Of a DNA stretch of 51,236 bases, positions 7,509 to 15,012 are shown in pieces (the first letter of the stretch is position 1; the number at the start of each line of letters is the position of its first letter). The notes under the pieces were generated by a model. The model did not search any database. It was given only the letters and a program-made list of their open reading frames with translations, and had not been told where the DNA came from. Source of the stretch: Nitrospirota bacterium (GTDB lineage Bacteria; Nitrospirota; Thermodesulfovibrionia; JACRGW01; JBFLZU01). Where the stretch lies: contig JBFLZU010000065.1 in assembly GCA_040756155.1 (NCBI GenBank), positions 1-51,236 on the forward strand, read 5' to 3'. The translations under genes and the position numbers were made by a program.

Positions 7509-8924
7509 ATGAATGACTATTTAGATAAAAATGCTGTTGATGAATTTAGTGATATTTTATCGCATTGGATAGATGTTTATAAATGGCAGAATTGTTCTTA
7601 TGTAGCTATCAAATCTCCAACAGGCCCCAAATTAGTATTTGGGCGCATCATATTAGAAACAAGCCTTTATAAGGATAGTATTACAGATTTTTATCTTGAA
7701 ACACAAAGTATTATTGCTCAGCATGAAATATTAAGCGCAGAACCAAATAATATCGATAAACGACTGCTTGAAGCAAAAGAGGGTTTAGCAACATATTCCA
7801 AGCATGCGTTCAATTTAAAAAATAAATCAGGAGAGCTGCCAGACTTTACATGTTATCCAATCTATCATCCCGCTATTTCTTATGGCCCAAGACTTCCGAG
7901 TCTAATTATTCGAGAAAGAGAAAGACATGCTATTTTGACAATGAATTTACGATTGCTTGATTGGGAACTAAGATCTGCCGACCAGCCGTTTGATAGTATT
8001 GAAGATTTACTTGCCTATATGGGTTTCCCTGTGTTGTCGCAGATGGGAGATTTTGCCACATTGGAAATTGTTGCTCGAACTCCCACAAATATTTCTGATA
8101 AATCTATAATCAATAACAACAATTCAACAATAATTGTAAATGTATCTCAGGATTTAGATGCGACTAAAATAAAGGTTGGCTGTAAAGTTTTTAACAAAGA
8201 TGGTATTAAGCGATTTTCTGTAAACGGTGAAAAAATAAGGTGGACTGACAATAAAGATTCTCTAATAGGAGAGTATAATCACACAGTTGAAGATGCTTCT
8301 TGGCTTCAAGCTTTTTTAAGCTATGAGGGCTTAGCTTTACATAGTTGGTATGTAAGTGATCCACAGAAGCAAACAAATCCTCGTTACTCGATTCATAATC
8401 TGTTTGATGAAAAACACGATATTCTTCAAAAGTTCTTATTGCAAGCTGGATATACTTCGGAGAATTTTGAAGATGGGGTTGCTTTACTACTTAACACGTT
8501 AGGTTTTTCTATTTTTCATTACGGTCAAATTCCAAAATTAAAAGATGGTCCGGATATTATTGCATTTACACCCATGGGGAATATTGCAGTTATTGAATGT
8601 ACTATAGGGCTACTCGATAAAGAAGACAAATTAGCAAAACTAATTCAAAGAACAGTTCTTATTAAGGAAAAACTCAAAAGTGCAGGATTTGGACATTTTT
8701 CAATTCAACCAATAATTGTATCAAAACTTCCGAGGACTGAAGTTACTGGGCATCTTGAAGAGGCTGGTAAACATGGTATTGCTGTCGTATGTAAGGAGGA
8801 GTTAAACGAACTTCTTAACCGCATTACTTCCTGTCCTGATCCAGAAGGACTTTTCCAAGAAGCATCACGGTTGATACCTAAAAGTGAACAACTTTCATTG
8901 CCCGATATAAATAATAGAACATGA
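7509..8924 (+). CDS. Uncharacterised 471-aa protein with C-terminal Mrr-like / PD-(D/E)xK-type nuclease module
   Basis: The N-terminal ~310 aa have no motif I recognise. The C-terminal FEDGVALLLNTLGFSIFHYGQIPKLKDGPDIIAFTPMGNIAVIECTIG follows the Mrr_cat pattern (FE..v..LL..lGF ... DG.DI.a ... v.EC[K]), with Thr in place of the usual Lys. Confidence 0.4.
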   Translation: MNDYLDKNAVDEFSDILSHWIDVYKWQNCSYVAIKSPTGPKLVFGRIILETSLYKDSITDFYLETQSIIAQHEILSAEPNNIDKRLLEAKEGLATYSKHAFNLKNKSGELPDFTCYPIYHPAISYGPRLPSLIIRERERHAILTMNLRLLDWELRSADQPFDSIEDLLAYMGFPVLSQMGDFATLEIVARTPTNISDKSIINNNNSTIIVNVSQDLDATKIKVGCKVFNKDGIKRFSVNGEKIRWTDNKDSLIGEYNHTVEDASWLQAFLSYEGLALHSWYVSDPQKQTNPRYSIHNLFDEKHDILQKFLLQAGYTSENFEDGVALLLNTLGFSIFHYGQIPKLKDGPDIIAFTPMGNIAVIECTIGLLDKEDKLAKLIQRTVLIKEKLKSAGFGHFSIQPIIVSKLPRTEVTGHLEEAGKHGIAVVCKEELNELLNRITSCPDPEGLFQEASRLIPKSEQLSLPDINNRT

Positions 8925-8962
8925 AACCTAAAACTACAATAATCATCGGCAACGAAGGATAA
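8921..8962 (+). pseudogene. Vestigial 13-codon 5' end of a beta-class methyltransferase gene
   Basis: ATG 8921 overlaps the TGA of the 471-aa gene (ATGA). It encodes MKPKTTIIIGNEG*, compared with the 11455 MTase start MRSNTTIIIGDSRR. 8933-8953 matches 11467-11487 at 17/21 nt. GAAGGATAACTT follows (8954-8965) and recurs at 11437-11448. Confidence 0.4.
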
Positions 8963-8965
8963 CTT

Positions 8966-10267
8966 ATGAGAACAGCAGTATCAACTATAATTGAACACAG
9001 AACTGATAACTCAACAATTGAACGTGACCGCTTAGAAGCAAAATATTCCAGATATTTTGAAAACCGTCTGGATTACAGACAACTTGTAACCTACGTCCCT
9101 AATAAGAAACTGCCTGTATATAACTGGTTTAAATACAAGGAAGGATTTTCGAGACAGCTTGTTTATAGCATCTTAAAAGAATGGAAGATAAGCAAGAAAG
9201 ATATTGTCTTTGACCCTTTTGCAGGCTGTGGAACCACACTTCTTGCTTGCAAGGAATTCGGATACAAGGCAGTTGGACTCGATATTTTACCAGTAGCAAT
9301 TTTTGTTGCAAGAGTTAAGCTACAGGACTGGCCTAACCTTAAGGTTTTAGAAAAAGCTATTCAAATACTCATGAAAGAGAAATTTCATAAGCCTAAACTT
9401 TCTTTCCCTGAAGCTTCTATTATTGATAAGGCATTTCCGAAACATACACAAGAAGAAATTCTCTTTTATAAGGAACGTATTCTTCAATTTAAAAAGCCAG
9501 TTCAGGACTTTTTAATGCTCGGCCTCCTCAGTATTCTTGAAAATGTAAGCTATACGTCTAAAGACGGTCAGTTTCTTAGAATAGTTGATAAGCACATCCC
9601 TTCTGTGAAAGAAGCTCTCGGAAGACAACTTACAAATATGATTGAAGACCTACGCATACAACAGAGTGCACTCTTTAAAGATGGAAATGCAAAGGTTGAA
9701 ATTATAGAAGGAGATGCAAGGGAACCTGATCTTCCAAAAAAATATTGGGGGAAGATAGGAGCAGTTATTACATCTCCACCTTATTTGAATAGATATGACT
9801 ATTCCAGAACCTATGCGCTTGAACTCTGCACTTTAAATTCGAGTAACCTCAGCGAAATCAGACATAGTTTATTAAGGTCTCATATTGAGTCAAAAATACA
9901 TAATGGCAAAGAGCTTTCCATTTCAGCTATAGATGAAATATTAAAAAATCTCAATGAAAAAGATTTGAATAATGATAGAATTCCAATAATGATAAAAGGA
10001 TATTTTGAGGATATGAACCTTGTTATAAAACAACTCTCACGTTATCTCAAACCAGGAGGCATTGTAGCCCTCGTTGTAGCAAATGCACGATTCGAAGGAG
10101 AAATGGTTCCTACAGATTTGATTCTATCTGAACTTGCCGAATTGAACGGTCTCAAAACTGAAAGAATATGGATAACACGCTATAAAGGCAATAGTTCACA
10201 GCAGATGGCCCGTTACGGGAAGCTTCCTGTGAGAGAAACCATAGTTTTCTGGAGGAAGTCTCTATGA
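8966..10267 (+). CDS. Type II DNA amino-methyltransferase (N6-adenine or N4-cytosine), motif order I then IV
   Basis: FDPFAGCGTTLLAC (AdoMet motif I) near aa 82 and ITSPPYLNRYDY (motif IV) near aa 268. Confidence 0.8.
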   Translation: MRTAVSTIIEHRTDNSTIERDRLEAKYSRYFENRLDYRQLVTYVPNKKLPVYNWFKYKEGFSRQLVYSILKEWKISKKDIVFDPFAGCGTTLLACKEFGYKAVGLDILPVAIFVARVKLQDWPNLKVLEKAIQILMKEKFHKPKLSFPEASIIDKAFPKHTQEEILFYKERILQFKKPVQDFLMLGLLSILENVSYTSKDGQFLRIVDKHIPSVKEALGRQLTNMIEDLRIQQSALFKDGNAKVEIIEGDAREPDLPKKYWGKIGAVITSPPYLNRYDYSRTYALELCTLNSSNLSEIRHSLLRSHIESKIHNGKELSISAIDEILKNLNEKDLNNDRIPIMIKGYFEDMNLVIKQLSRYLKPGGIVALVVANARFEGEMVPTDLILSELAELNGLKTERIWITRYKGNSSQQMARYGKLPVRETIVFWRKSL

Positions 10268-11241
10268 AAAGAATAGAATCGAGTCTCAATGAAGCACTTA
10301 TAAAGTCATACGTTGCAAGAGCAAAGCTTTTTTATTCAGTTTTGAAAAGTAAAGATATCGAGAAACTATTTGCACAAGTTGAAAAATGTTCAATAAAGGG
10401 CATTCCGTGGGATATCGAAAAATTAGGTATTTCTAAAGAGGCGTTCATCGTTACTAAAAAGGCTTCCATCCCGCCTCATATGATTTTTTGCCATCCAGAG
10501 ATTTTAAATAAATGTCCAAATCTTGTTGAATATTATAGAAGTTTAACTGCCTTATCACAGAAAGGCCTCAGTCAAATTCTATCTGGCAAATTACCAAAAG
10601 CTCGCAAAGGAGATAATAAAGAACGTTTTCGATTAATTTCTGCGACTTTAAACAAAGTTATTTCAAGTGTCATTATTGATACCGAAGGTTTCTCTTTCTC
10701 CCTTGCAAAGGATGCATTAATCGCAGAAATAGGCTCAGAGATACAAGGCACTTGGGTAAATATTATTGGGCAGGGAGCAGCAAAGGCTGTTGAAGAAATA
10801 ATACAAGAATATGCTCAAGAGAAGGAGTTCATTTCATCAACTGAGAAAAAAGATATAACCATAAAGGGTAAAAAACAGAAACAAATACATCTTATTTTGA
10901 AGAATAATTGGCGCATTATTTTCTCAAGCGAACCCGACATTGCAATCAGAGATAATAAGGATAAGTTAAAGGTCGCTATCGAAATCAAAGGCAGTATGGA
11001 TAAAGCTGGCGCACAGACACGCTTAGGCGAGGCCAAGAAATCATTTGCAAAAGGCAAATCTGAAAATGCGCATTGCTTAACTATTTATTTAGCAAGTTGC
11101 TTTACCGAAGCTGTTTTATCCCAATTAAAAACAGATCGAGAAATTGATACGTATTTCAATTTGATTGACATCATTGCCGATGAAAAGAAAAAACAAGAGT
11201 TTTTAGAAGAATTGTTTCATTATCAGATAAGGATAGAGTGA
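10264..11241 (+). CDS. Type II restriction endonuclease (PD-ExK), cognate of the 8966 methyltransferase
   Basis: ATGA stop/start overlap with the MTase. SEPDIAIRDNKDKLKVAIEIKG gives a textbook PD...ExK catalytic motif. Family not assignable by eye. Confidence 0.65.
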   Translation: MKRIESSLNEALIKSYVARAKLFYSVLKSKDIEKLFAQVEKCSIKGIPWDIEKLGISKEAFIVTKKASIPPHMIFCHPEILNKCPNLVEYYRSLTALSQKGLSQILSGKLPKARKGDNKERFRLISATLNKVISSVIIDTEGFSFSLAKDALIAEIGSEIQGTWVNIIGQGAAKAVEEIIQEYAQEKEFISSTEKKDITIKGKKQKQIHLILKNNWRIIFSSEPDIAIRDNKDKLKVAIEIKGSMDKAGAQTRLGEAKKSFAKGKSENAHCLTIYLASCFTEAVLSQLKTDREIDTYFNLIDIIADEKKKQEFLEELFHYQIRIE

Positions 11242-11265
11242 GTCAAGATTTATGGAGGTTAGGCG

Positions 11266-11445
11266 ATGAAAAGTAAAAAACTTATTAAGAAGAAAAAGAA
11301 AGAAATGACAGAAACGAATGTGCGTATTAAGTACTTCGCAATTGTTACCAACAGGCCCGAAGAATTTATCGAGAAGCTCGAAAAACTATGCAGTGATTTC
11401 GCTGTTGAGAATGACTATTTTAAAAATTTCAGTTTTGAAGGATAA
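11266..11445 (+). CDS. Small hypothetical protein (59 aa) between the two R-M pairs
   Basis: GGAGG SD at 11254-11258, ATG 11266, TAA 11443-11445. Lys-rich N-terminus MKSKKLIKKKKKEM. Below the track cutoff. Confidence 0.35.
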   Translation: MKSKKLIKKKKKEMTETNVRIKYFAIVTNRPEEFIEKLEKLCSDFAVENDYFKNFSFEG

Positions 11446-11454
11446 CTTAAAATT

Positions 11455-12717
11455 ATGAGATCTAACACCACCATAATCATCGGCGATAGTCGGAGGATGA
11501 AGGAGATAAAGGATGAATCTGTTCACCTCATCATCACATCTCCCCCTTACTGGCAATTAAAGGACTATGGAAATGGGAGCCAGATAGGGTTTAATGACAG
11601 TTATGAGGACTATATTAACAATCTCAATCTTGTCTGGACTGAATGCTACAGAGTCCTACACAAAGGCTGTCGTTTGTGCGTGAATATTGGCGATCAGTTT
11701 GCACGGTCCGTGTATTATGGCCGATATAAGATCATTCCTATAAGAGAAGAAATAATTAAGTTTTGCGAGACTATTGGGTTTGATTACATGGGAGCTATTA
11801 TCTGGCAGAAGGTTACCACATGCAATACGACAGGTGGAGCCACAATTATGGGTTCTTTCCCTTATCCCCGGAATGGTATCATTAAGCTCGACTATGAATT
11901 CATTTTAATTTTCAAGAAGCTCGGTGATCCTCCGAAGGTCAGCAGAGAAGTAAAAGAAAAATCAAAGCTCACTATTGAGGAATGGAACGAATATTTCTCC
12001 GGGCACTGGAATTTCCCTGGGGAAAAGCAAGACAAACACCTTGCTATGTTTCCAGAAGAATTGCCAAGGAGATTGATAAAAATGTTCAGTTTTGTCGGAG
12101 ATACAGTTCTTGACCCATTCCTTGGAAGCGGTACAACCTGTCTTGCTGCAAAGAATCTCGGTAGAGACTCCATCGGATATGAGATTAGTAAAGATTTTTT
12201 GCCAATAATAAAGACAAAATTAAAGAACTCTGATATAGAAATAATTCACCAAGAAAAACTTAAAATAAATTTTAAGGATGAGACCAAAAAACTTCCCTAT
12301 GTCTTTAAAGACCCTGTCAGGTTCGATAAAAAAATCGATCCCAAAAAATTAAGATTCGGCTCAAAGATAGATAATAATTCAGCCCATCATAGAGAAACAT
12401 ACTATTCAGTTAAAGAAATAATAAGTCCTGAGATATTGGTTCTGGATAATGATTTGAAAGTCAGATTGCTCGGAATTAAAGGAAAAAAAGAGATAAATGG
12501 ACAGGTGCTTCAATTTCTAAAGGTGAAGGTAAAGGGACAGAAGGTATTTCTTAAATTCGATACCATAAAATATGACGACGAGGGTAATCTATTATGCTAT
12601 CTTTACCTTAAAAATAAAACCTTTATAAATGCACATCTTATTAAAAATAAACTGGCCCAGGTAGATTCTTCTCTGAACTTTAAATACAAAAATAAATTTC
12701 TTTCCATGCAAAAATAA
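11455..12717 (+). CDS. Beta-class N4-cytosine/N6-adenine DNA methyltransferase fused to a C-terminal degenerate SNase-like OB-fold domain
   Basis: IITSPPYWQLKDY (motif IV) near aa 26, then DPFLGSGTTCLAAKNLGR (motif I) near aa 220. The C-terminal VRLLGIKGKKE..GNLLCYLYLKNKTFINAHLIKNKLAQV resembles staphylococcal-nuclease topology but lacks the GID.PE and Arg catalytic pattern. Confidence 0.75.
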   Translation: MRSNTTIIIGDSRRMKEIKDESVHLIITSPPYWQLKDYGNGSQIGFNDSYEDYINNLNLVWTECYRVLHKGCRLCVNIGDQFARSVYYGRYKIIPIREEIIKFCETIGFDYMGAIIWQKVTTCNTTGGATIMGSFPYPRNGIIKLDYEFILIFKKLGDPPKVSREVKEKSKLTIEEWNEYFSGHWNFPGEKQDKHLAMFPEELPRRLIKMFSFVGDTVLDPFLGSGTTCLAAKNLGRDSIGYEISKDFLPIIKTKLKNSDIEIIHQEKLKINFKDETKKLPYVFKDPVRFDKKIDPKKLRFGSKIDNNSAHHRETYYSVKEIISPEILVLDNDLKVRLLGIKGKKEINGQVLQFLKVKVKGQKVFLKFDTIKYDDEGNLLCYLYLKNKTFINAHLIKNKLAQVDSSLNFKYKNKFLSMQK

Positions 12718-12735
12718 AAAGAGGAAAGTCTTTAG

Positions 12736-13323
12736 GTGAAGATAAAGCTTACAAATGAAGAAATCAGAAAATCCTTAGAGATTCCATCGACTTCATTTCC
12801 AAAATATGTCTCACAGATAATCAATCTCGCTAACCAGAATGCACAGGGGACAAGACCAAGAGTTGTTGGTCAACTTACTGATTTAATACAAAAGTTTTCT
12901 GGCAGAACCCTGGATGAATGGGAACAGTGGTATTTGCAAAGGTATCCTAATGCTATAAAGACCGCTAATGAAAAAATTCTGGGAATGGTTGAGAACCTCA
13001 AAGAGACGACACAAAAAATTAATTACGATATGGTCAATGAATGGGTAAGGGACCTTGTTATTGTACAAACATTTATTGGACTTCAATTTCAAGAGGCAAT
13101 TATAAAGAAAGGTGCTGAGATTAAAGGTGTTGATTATAGGCTGGCAGAAAAAACTGATGAATCAAAAGGAATTGATGGATATATTGGAAACATTCCTGTC
13201 TCAATAAAGCCAGAGACTTACAAGATTAAAAAGTCTTTAAGAGAAGACATAACTGTTAAGCTTATTTATTACAAAAAGATTAAGAATGGTATTGAAGTGG
13301 ATTATAGCGAGATCATTGATTAA
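12736..13323 (+). CDS. Probable type II restriction endonuclease partner of the 11455 methyltransferase
   Basis: 195 aa, GTG start 18 nt after the MTase stop. ESKGIDGYIGNIPVSIKPE could be a D...(S)xK nuclease core. The call rests mostly on position. Confidence 0.4.
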   Translation: MKIKLTNEEIRKSLEIPSTSFPKYVSQIINLANQNAQGTRPRVVGQLTDLIQKFSGRTLDEWEQWYLQRYPNAIKTANEKILGMVENLKETTQKINYDMVNEWVRDLVIVQTFIGLQFQEAIIKKGAEIKGVDYRLAEKTDESKGIDGYIGNIPVSIKPETYKIKKSLREDITVKLIYYKKIKNGIEVDYSEIID

Positions 13324-13343
13324 CTATATATTGGAGGATTGCT

Positions 13344-13631
13344 ATGTGTGAGAAAAATGTAATAATCCCTAACGGCAAAAAGCTTTATCTCGCAACCTTT
13401 GAGTTCATCAGCGGTGAATATGGACAAATCTTTGAAAAGGTATTTTATGCAAAGGACGAAGAAAATTTAAAAGATAAGATTCATAGATACTTTATTGACT
13501 ATGATGGCATTAGAAATACTTCGGAGATAGATGGAAATGTTTATTATTATTGGCATGGTGAAATTGCGGTTAAACAGGATGGCTGGGAGAAAATCACGAG
13601 CTTTAAGCAACTTGTTAATAAACTTATTTGA
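13344..13631 (+). CDS. Hypothetical protein (95 aa)
   Basis: GGAGG SD at 13333-13337; no recognisable motif. Confidence 0.4.
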   Translation: MCEKNVIIPNGKKLYLATFEFISGEYGQIFEKVFYAKDEENLKDKIHRYFIDYDGIRNTSEIDGNVYYYWHGEIAVKQDGWEKITSFKQLVNKLI

Positions 13632-13826
13632 TGATTAAAAGATTAGTCTCGTTCAACATGATGGAGAATAAACGATGAGTAAGAAAATCTGTTACTAAAA
13701 ATTCTGATATCATTACTTACCAACTACCTCAGCCATAGACGAAAAGGTTGACTCTTTTCGGGGTAACACTACGGATAATGGAGCAAAAACAGCTGGTTTG
13801 GAATCAACAAAGGAAGGGTAGAGTTG

Positions 13827-14201
13827 TCAATCTAACTTTTCTATAAAAGCCCTGGTAGCTTTTATGGCATCTTTAACTATATTAACATCATATAGCAATC
13901 CTCGATAATATCCTGCTATATGGAGTAAATCATAAAGTTTTTCAAACTCTCTCAAGAGTTTTCCATCATGAACAGCTATATACTTCTGCAATGCCCTTCT
14001 ATAAGCATCTACAGACTTTGGAAGTTCTTTCTTGGTTAAACCTTTCTTTATAAGAGCCTCATTAATAGCTTCCAAGACAGCAAGATAGGCGGTTCCAAAT
14101 GCCTCCCTGACAGGCTTGACATTCGTATAAGTGTCATCCTCTATAGGAACAGACTTAAGTATCTCTCTCGCATTTTGTAAGTATCTTAATGATTCTTTCA
14201 T
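13827..14201 (-). CDS. Helical hypothetical protein (DUF5618-like as I recall), paralog of 30606-30983
   Basis: 124 aa. About 26 differences over 125 aligned positions versus the 30606-30983 product, by eye. Confidence 0.5.
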   Translation of the reverse strand: MKESLRYLQNAREILKSVPIEDDTYTNVKPVREAFGTAYLAVLEAINEALIKKGLTKKELPKSVDAYRRALQKYIAVHDGKLLREFEKLYDLLHIAGYYRGLLYDVNIVKDAIKATRAFIEKLD

Positions 14202-14265
14202 TCGTGTATACTGCTCATTTTTATCTGTTTTAATTTTAAATTATAAATATGACACTATATAACTG

Positions 14266-15012
14266 TCAAATAATATCCGTTGGGCTTCCGTCTGCCTTTT
14301 CCCAACTGCAGGAGAAGAAACCTTTTGAACTCAACTCGCTCAAAAGTATAAAGCATGTCTTTATATAAAGGGCATGGTCATCAACCTGCAGGAGAGTCTT
14401 TTTCAATATATCGAACCTCATTTTATTGAGGGTTATTATTAATACCACCCCTCTAATTGCTTGTACCCTGTTGATAACATCCCTGATTACCTCAGAGCCA
14501 ATATCAACAACAACAAAGTATTTCCTCTCTGTATTTGAATCCTTTATCCTGATATAAAGATCAGGGGAGATACCATCTCCATTTTCTGTGTTAGATAAAA
14601 ACCATCTGCTATCCCTTATCAGATATTTCATCTGTCGTTTCATCATATCACTCTTGACAACCCTGACAACCTCTGTAATGATGAGTTCTTTAAACATATC
14701 TTCCTGAGACACAATAGACATACGGATATTCTCAGCCGCATAGTTACAGTATACAGTGAGATATTCCACAGAGAGCCTTGTCAGATAGTAGAGAATACCA
14801 GAAGTGATGCGTGTGCGATTATATCTCTGTTTATACAGAAAACCTGCATTTACAAGTTTACTGAGTCTTTTCCTCAGATTTTCCTTATGTAAAAACTCAT
14901 TTCTGTTTTTCTTCCAGTGGTATCGGTATAACTGTTCCAATGTTGCAGGTCCTGCTGACAGGGTTTTGAATATATCTATATCCCTGTCTGTAATGCTTAC
15001 ATAACCCTTCAT
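14266..15012 (-). CDS. Replication-relaxation (Replic_Relax, PF13814-like) family protein
   Basis: N-terminal winged-helix-like ITDRDIDIFKTLSAGPATLEQLYRY ... LRKRLSKLVNAGFLYK pattern. 4-bp overlap with the coupling-protein gene. Confidence 0.55.
   Translation of the reverse strand: MKGYVSITDRDIDIFKTLSAGPATLEQLYRYHWKKNRNEFLHKENLRKRLSKLVNAGFLYKQRYNRTRITSGILYYLTRLSVEYLTVYCNYAAENIRMSIVSQEDMFKELIITEVVRVVKSDMMKRQMKYLIRDSRWFLSNTENGDGISPDLYIRIKDSNTERKYFVVVDIGSEVIRDVINRVQAIRGVVLIITLNKMRFDILKKTLLQVDDHALYIKTCFILLSELSSKGFFSCSWEKADGSPTDII

Noticed and set aside
8954-8965. The 12-nt direct repeat GAAGGATAACTT (also at 11437-11448) as proof of a target-site duplication
   Set aside because: A 12-mer is expected to recur by chance many times in a 51-kb AT-rich window. 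I kept it only as supporting context for the adjacent 21-nt similarity and the matching positions before both MTase starts.
10264-13323. Naming the two restriction endonucleases to specific families (XcyI-like for 10264-11241, MjaI-like for 12736-13323)
   Set aside because: These names came to mind from size and context only. I cannot verify any diagnostic motif beyond PD-ExK, so no family or specificity is claimed.
13632-13826. A weak AT-rich stem, CGAAAAG-GTTGACT-CTTTTCG, as terminator or oriT near the Replic_Relax end of the array
   Set aside because: The stem is only 7 bp, AT-rich and has no adjacent U-tract on either strand. It is not distinguishable from background.
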